Positions 60,614-64,000 of a DNA stretch of 64,000 nt are shown here, piece after piece. The notes under the pieces are model-generated. The model made no database searches. It was not told the origin of the DNA and was given only the letters and a program-made list of their open reading frames with translations. This DNA comes from Candidatus Poribacteria bacterium (GTDB lineage Bacteria; Poribacteria; WGA-4E; WGA-3G). The stretch is taken from assembly GCA_963663765.2 (NCBI GenBank), contig CAXXUA010000004.1:512001-576000 (forward strand), written 5' to 3'. Made by a program: the position numbers and the translations under genes. Every line of letters starts with the position of its first letter. Within the stretch, counting starts at the first letter, position 1.

Positions 60614-60750
60614 GTGGTTGACTCGCTAAACATTAATTATATAGAATGGACAGAATAAACCCAAAAGTCCCTTCCCCTCGCTTGCGGGGGAATAAAAGAG
60701 GGTAAATTTAGAGTGTCCAAAATACAAACATTTATTACCGAGTGAACCAC
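60614..60750. mobile_element. MITE inserted at the stop codon of a WD40 gene
   Basis: GTGGTTGACTCG / CGAGTGAACCAC ends, TAA duplicated; removal restores the array-2 spacer; internal CCCCTCGCTTGCGGGGG hairpin. Confidence 0.7.
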
Positions 60751-62967
60751 TAAGAGTTAATAAAAGGTTTCATGTCCCACAAGAGGATAGTGCCATCATA
60801 ACTACCACTTGCCAGAAGTTCGCTATCCGGTGAAAAAGCGAGATCATGGATATCTGTGGGATGTCCCCAGAAGGTATGGACGTTTTCACCTGTGGCGACC
60901 TCCCATAAATGGATGGACATCTGCTCTAAATCTTTTTTCCACCAAGTGCCGGAAGCGAGATACCGTCCACAAGGGGAAAATGCCAGTACATAGGTCTGAG
61001 AAGCATCTGGGGGTAGTAGTATCGCCATTCGTGTTTCTAAGGTTACTGCATCCCACAGTCTAATCTCATTTGTTATTCTTTTCCATCTCCGTTCCCGAGA
61101 CAACTTACCGGCAATGAGGGTGCCGCACGGAGAAAACTTGATACTGCCAGGGGTAACAGCAGAATCAGTTGGCTGCTGTTACCCCAACTTCTGTTTCCAA
61201 TCAAGGACTTGATGAATTTCTTGAGATTGACCTTTATATAGGGATGTATCTTCTAAGATTGCGTCTAAAGGGAGTGAACCCATCTGTTCACCATTTTCAT
61301 CATTCCAGACCCTTGCAGTTCTGTCATGGGATGTGGTGACGAGCTGCTTACCATTAGGGTGAAATACCACATTAGTAATCTCATCCGTGTGCCCTATGAG
61401 TTCGTGGCGCTTTTCCCATTGATGCGTGTCCCATACATAGAGCTCACCGGACCTAGATCCACTGACCAAACAATCCCCTTTCGGTGAGTAAGCCATCTGG
61501 ACGACATGTCTTTCATGTCCAGTCATCTCAGCAATTAAGGTGCCAGATGTAATATGCCAAATTATAATAGCGATGTCGTTGCTATTGCGGATACCTAAAA
61601 TAGGGGTAGCAAGAAGTTCTTCACAAGGTGATAAGACGCTACTTCTTCCCAAAAAGTAACCCTCTGTTTTGGGATAGAAGATATGTTGTAACTGGTGATC
61701 CACTACAGACCAGACCAGAAATCCAGGTACGTGTCCACTAACCAGCGTCTTTCCTTTTTGAGAAAAACGCAACCATCTGACAATGTTTGTATGTGCAGCA
61801 GACATAGACACAACTTTAATCAATCCGCCATCCCTCCATACTTGGAATTCTCGTGAATTAGCGATTACGAAATGTGTTCCATCGTCTGAAAAGCGACATA
61901 CCGCCCTGCGCCCCTCAAATTCCAAAGTGTCTACCTTCTCACGCTGCACCGTATCCCACATCTCAACCTTTCCCTCATGGAGTTCTGCAACACGCAATGT
62001 TCCATCAGGTGTATATGCAAGTTTCACATAAGCCGCTCCGTTTGCTGTATGTAATATTTCTGAGGTGGCGTTGTGAACATTACACATCTGCACCTCGCCA
62101 TTCCGACTTGCAGCTGCAAGATACTGACCGCACGGGGAAAAGACGATACCGTGATACGTTAAGGGTGCAGAACAACTAAAGTATGAAATATGTTCACCGG
62201 TGACTATATCTGAAATCGTTATAGTGTCCTGAGGAGAGACTGAGGACACATACGCGAGTAGATTCCCATTAGGTGAAAAGCAGATAGGAAAGCGATGTCC
62301 CTTCGTATCTTCATCATCAATCAGAAACCGCAGGATGGGTTTATCAGTATCGATTTGCCAAGTGTAGACAGCAGTTCGTCCGCTGCTGGACATGGCAAGA
62401 TATTGACCATCCTGCGAAAAGTAGAGCGCACTAACACCGGATCCACCCATATTCCCGCAGTAGTCTATCTTAGTGATGCACTGCAGGGTTTGTGTGTCCC
62501 ATACCTTAACGATGCCATCCGCGTTAGCGGTAGCAATCCACTGTGCATCACGCGAGATGGTGACAACATTTAGCAATCCGCGTTCTGTTTCAAACAGAGC
62601 GAGCGGTTTCAACGACGGTTGGTCATACAGCCGATACCATAGGCGTCAATTTAAGAAAATATTGTTGTCATTTTTCTTGTGGGAGGGGTTTTCAACCCCG
62701 ATTTGAGCGGAAATGCACTAAAAAATCGGGGTTGAAAACCCCTCCCACAAGAGGTGAAAATCCTTAAATTGACGCCTATGGTTGGTCATACAGCCAACAC
62801 CCGATGGAAGTTGCGATAGCAAGATACCTTCCATCGGGTGAAAATGAGATATTCCGCAGACCACCTCGTCCCAATCGGGCAATTGCGCCATCGGGCAGTT
62901 CCCAAGTTGTTATATCGCTGTTTGTCAGGGTAGATTGTAGATTAGTCTTTATTCGTCTATTTTCCAT
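60750..62967 (-). pseudogene. WD40 gene (proximal end of array 2) broken by a MITE and an in-frame TAA
   Basis: Removing 62633..62795 restores CWLYDQPSLKPL; KQKLG*QQPTDS at 61179-61181 continues in frame to LWDMKPFINS. Confidence 0.9.
62637..62781. mobile_element. MITE with CCATAGGCGTCAATTTAAG ends carrying a GTGG REP pair
   Basis: Perfect 19-bp TIR; flanking 15-bp duplication GTTGGTCATACAGCC; internal TTGTGGGAGGGGTTTTCAACCCCGA and its inverse. Confidence 0.9.
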
Positions 62968-63030
62968 AAAAACCTCCAAATATATTGTGGTGTGAGATGT
63001 TATAAGTGTGCTTAAAACATCTCATGTGCC

Positions 63031-63100
63031 TAAAGGGTTTCATGTCATAGATAAGGTCAGTGCCATTCAACTCCCACTTGCCATCACTATACCTAATGGA
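63031..63100 (-). pseudogene. Orphan remnant of a WD40 gene 3' end
   Basis: Aligns with the ASGS.DGT.L.WDMKPF-encoding DNA of array members (e.g. 60761-60830) with one indel. Confidence 0.65.
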
Positions 63101-63166
63101 CATTTGTTTCTTCCTAAAAAACGTAATGAGTTATCCTCCATGTTTGGATAATATCAGAATATTCTT

Positions 63167-63784
63167 CTATTGTATCCATGTAATTCCTTTATTGATCAGT
63201 ATTTGCGTGAGTTCTTTTTTGCCCCGGAAAATCCAGATTTTCACAGTACCTTCTTTTATATTTAGTATACGGGAAATCTCTGCAACACTACATCCTTCTA
63301 AATGCCGTAATACCCAAGCAATGCGGTGATTCGGATTCGTTACCTGTTCAAGAGCCGTTTCTAAAATTTCTTGTGCCTCCTGAGCGATAAGATGTTTGTC
63401 TGGACCGGGTCCACTATCTTCATATTCGTTCAACGGCAAATTATCCTGCTCTTCATAAGTTAAGACCGATTCACGAATTCGTTTTCTTTTTCGAAATGCA
63501 TCTACAATTGTATTAAACGCAAGTTTATTTAACCAAGCCCAAAAACTTCCTTTCTCGGAGTCCCATTTATCATCTTGTAGTTTTTCCCAGACCTTGGTAA
63601 ATATATCCAGACTAGCCTCTTCTGCATCCTGATGATGTTTTAGTATACGATATGCTTTACTATAGACCCACTCATAGTGTTTATCAAACAACTGTCTAAA
63701 CGCTGCTTCATTCCCTTTTTTGACTTGTGTGGCTAAGTAATTGTCTTCGGTCGCCGACAATTTGTTTTTTGATTGATGCACCAT
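63167..63784 (-). CDS. ECF-subfamily RNA polymerase sigma factor
   Basis: GNEAAFRQL, DAEE, FWAWL..LAFN..VD.FRK (region 2); LRHLEG.SVAEIS.IL.I.EGTVK..IFRG (region 4). Confidence 0.94.
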   Translation of the reverse strand: MVHQSKNKLSATEDNYLATQVKKGNEAAFRQLFDKHYEWVYSKAYRILKHHQDAEEASLDIFTKVWEKLQDDKWDSEKGSFWAWLNKLAFNTIVDAFRKRKRIRESVLTYEEQDNLPLNEYEDSGPGPDKHLIAQEAQEILETALEQVTNPNHRIAWVLRHLEGCSVAEISRILNIKEGTVKIWIFRGKKELTQILINKGITWIQ

Positions 63785-63897
63785 AGGCTAACCCCCATAC
63801 ACCTTTTACACAAAAATAAATGAAATCATTTCCGATGGCAAAATAACGAAATATGACTATATCAAGTTACAGAAAAATATCAAATCTTTTTGTATAT

Positions 63898-63990
63898 TAT
63901 AGTGGATATTAGAATTATTTATTCACTTTCAGGTGTAGGAGGGAACTCCGATTCCCGACTATCAAGACGTTCAGTCGCGATTCGTAGATC
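63898..63990. mobile_element. Second, partial copy of the TATAGTG-end MITE
   Basis: Matches 58232-58325 with few mismatches. Confidence 0.75.
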
Positions 63991-64000
63991 GAAATCAAGT

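Noticed and set aside
47451-62995. Many short antisense ORFs with recurring PSGENA..S motifs
   Set aside because: They are reverse-complement translations of the FSPDG WD40 motif, not independent genes.
46652-63100. Diversity-generating retroelement acting on WD40 3' ends
   Set aside because: No reverse transcriptase is present, and differences among the 3' ends are not adenine-specific.

Overview
Bacterial chromosomal segment, probably Candidatus Poribacteria. That assignment is inferred from the WD40 expansion, a LamG protein ending in AV..GKLA.TWG.IK, and PhyH and sulfatase-family genes. Housekeeping genes (ctpA-like protease, LpxL-like acyltransferase, plsC, cmk, tyrA, fpr, pyrF, argH, tRNA-Asn) lie among about 15 members of one long WD40 family that share an N-terminal W.LP.GA..RLG.G motif. 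Most members sit in two tandem arrays. Array 1 (+ strand, 18.6-30.1 kb) encodes signal-peptide proteins whose bodies are divergent but whose ~200-bp gene-to-gene junctions are nearly identical. Array 2 (- strand, 46.7-63.1 kb) encodes proteins without signal peptides, follows an ECF sigma gene, has conserved spacers, and has pseudogenes at both ends. Two non-autonomous IS200/IS605 tnpB elements share near-identical RuvC halves but have different ends and deduced targets (TGAA vs TTAT); one splits a WD40 gene in a precisely reversible way. Intergenic DNA holds MITEs of several unrelated end families, most carrying GTAG/GTGG REP-like hairpins, plus a 21-copy 31-bp tandem array of one REP. The ORF track missed a doubly inactivated MazF-type toxin-antitoxin pair and a Cys-rich ORF at the left edge. 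No CRISPR array, reverse transcriptase or integrase is visible. All alignments were done by eye.
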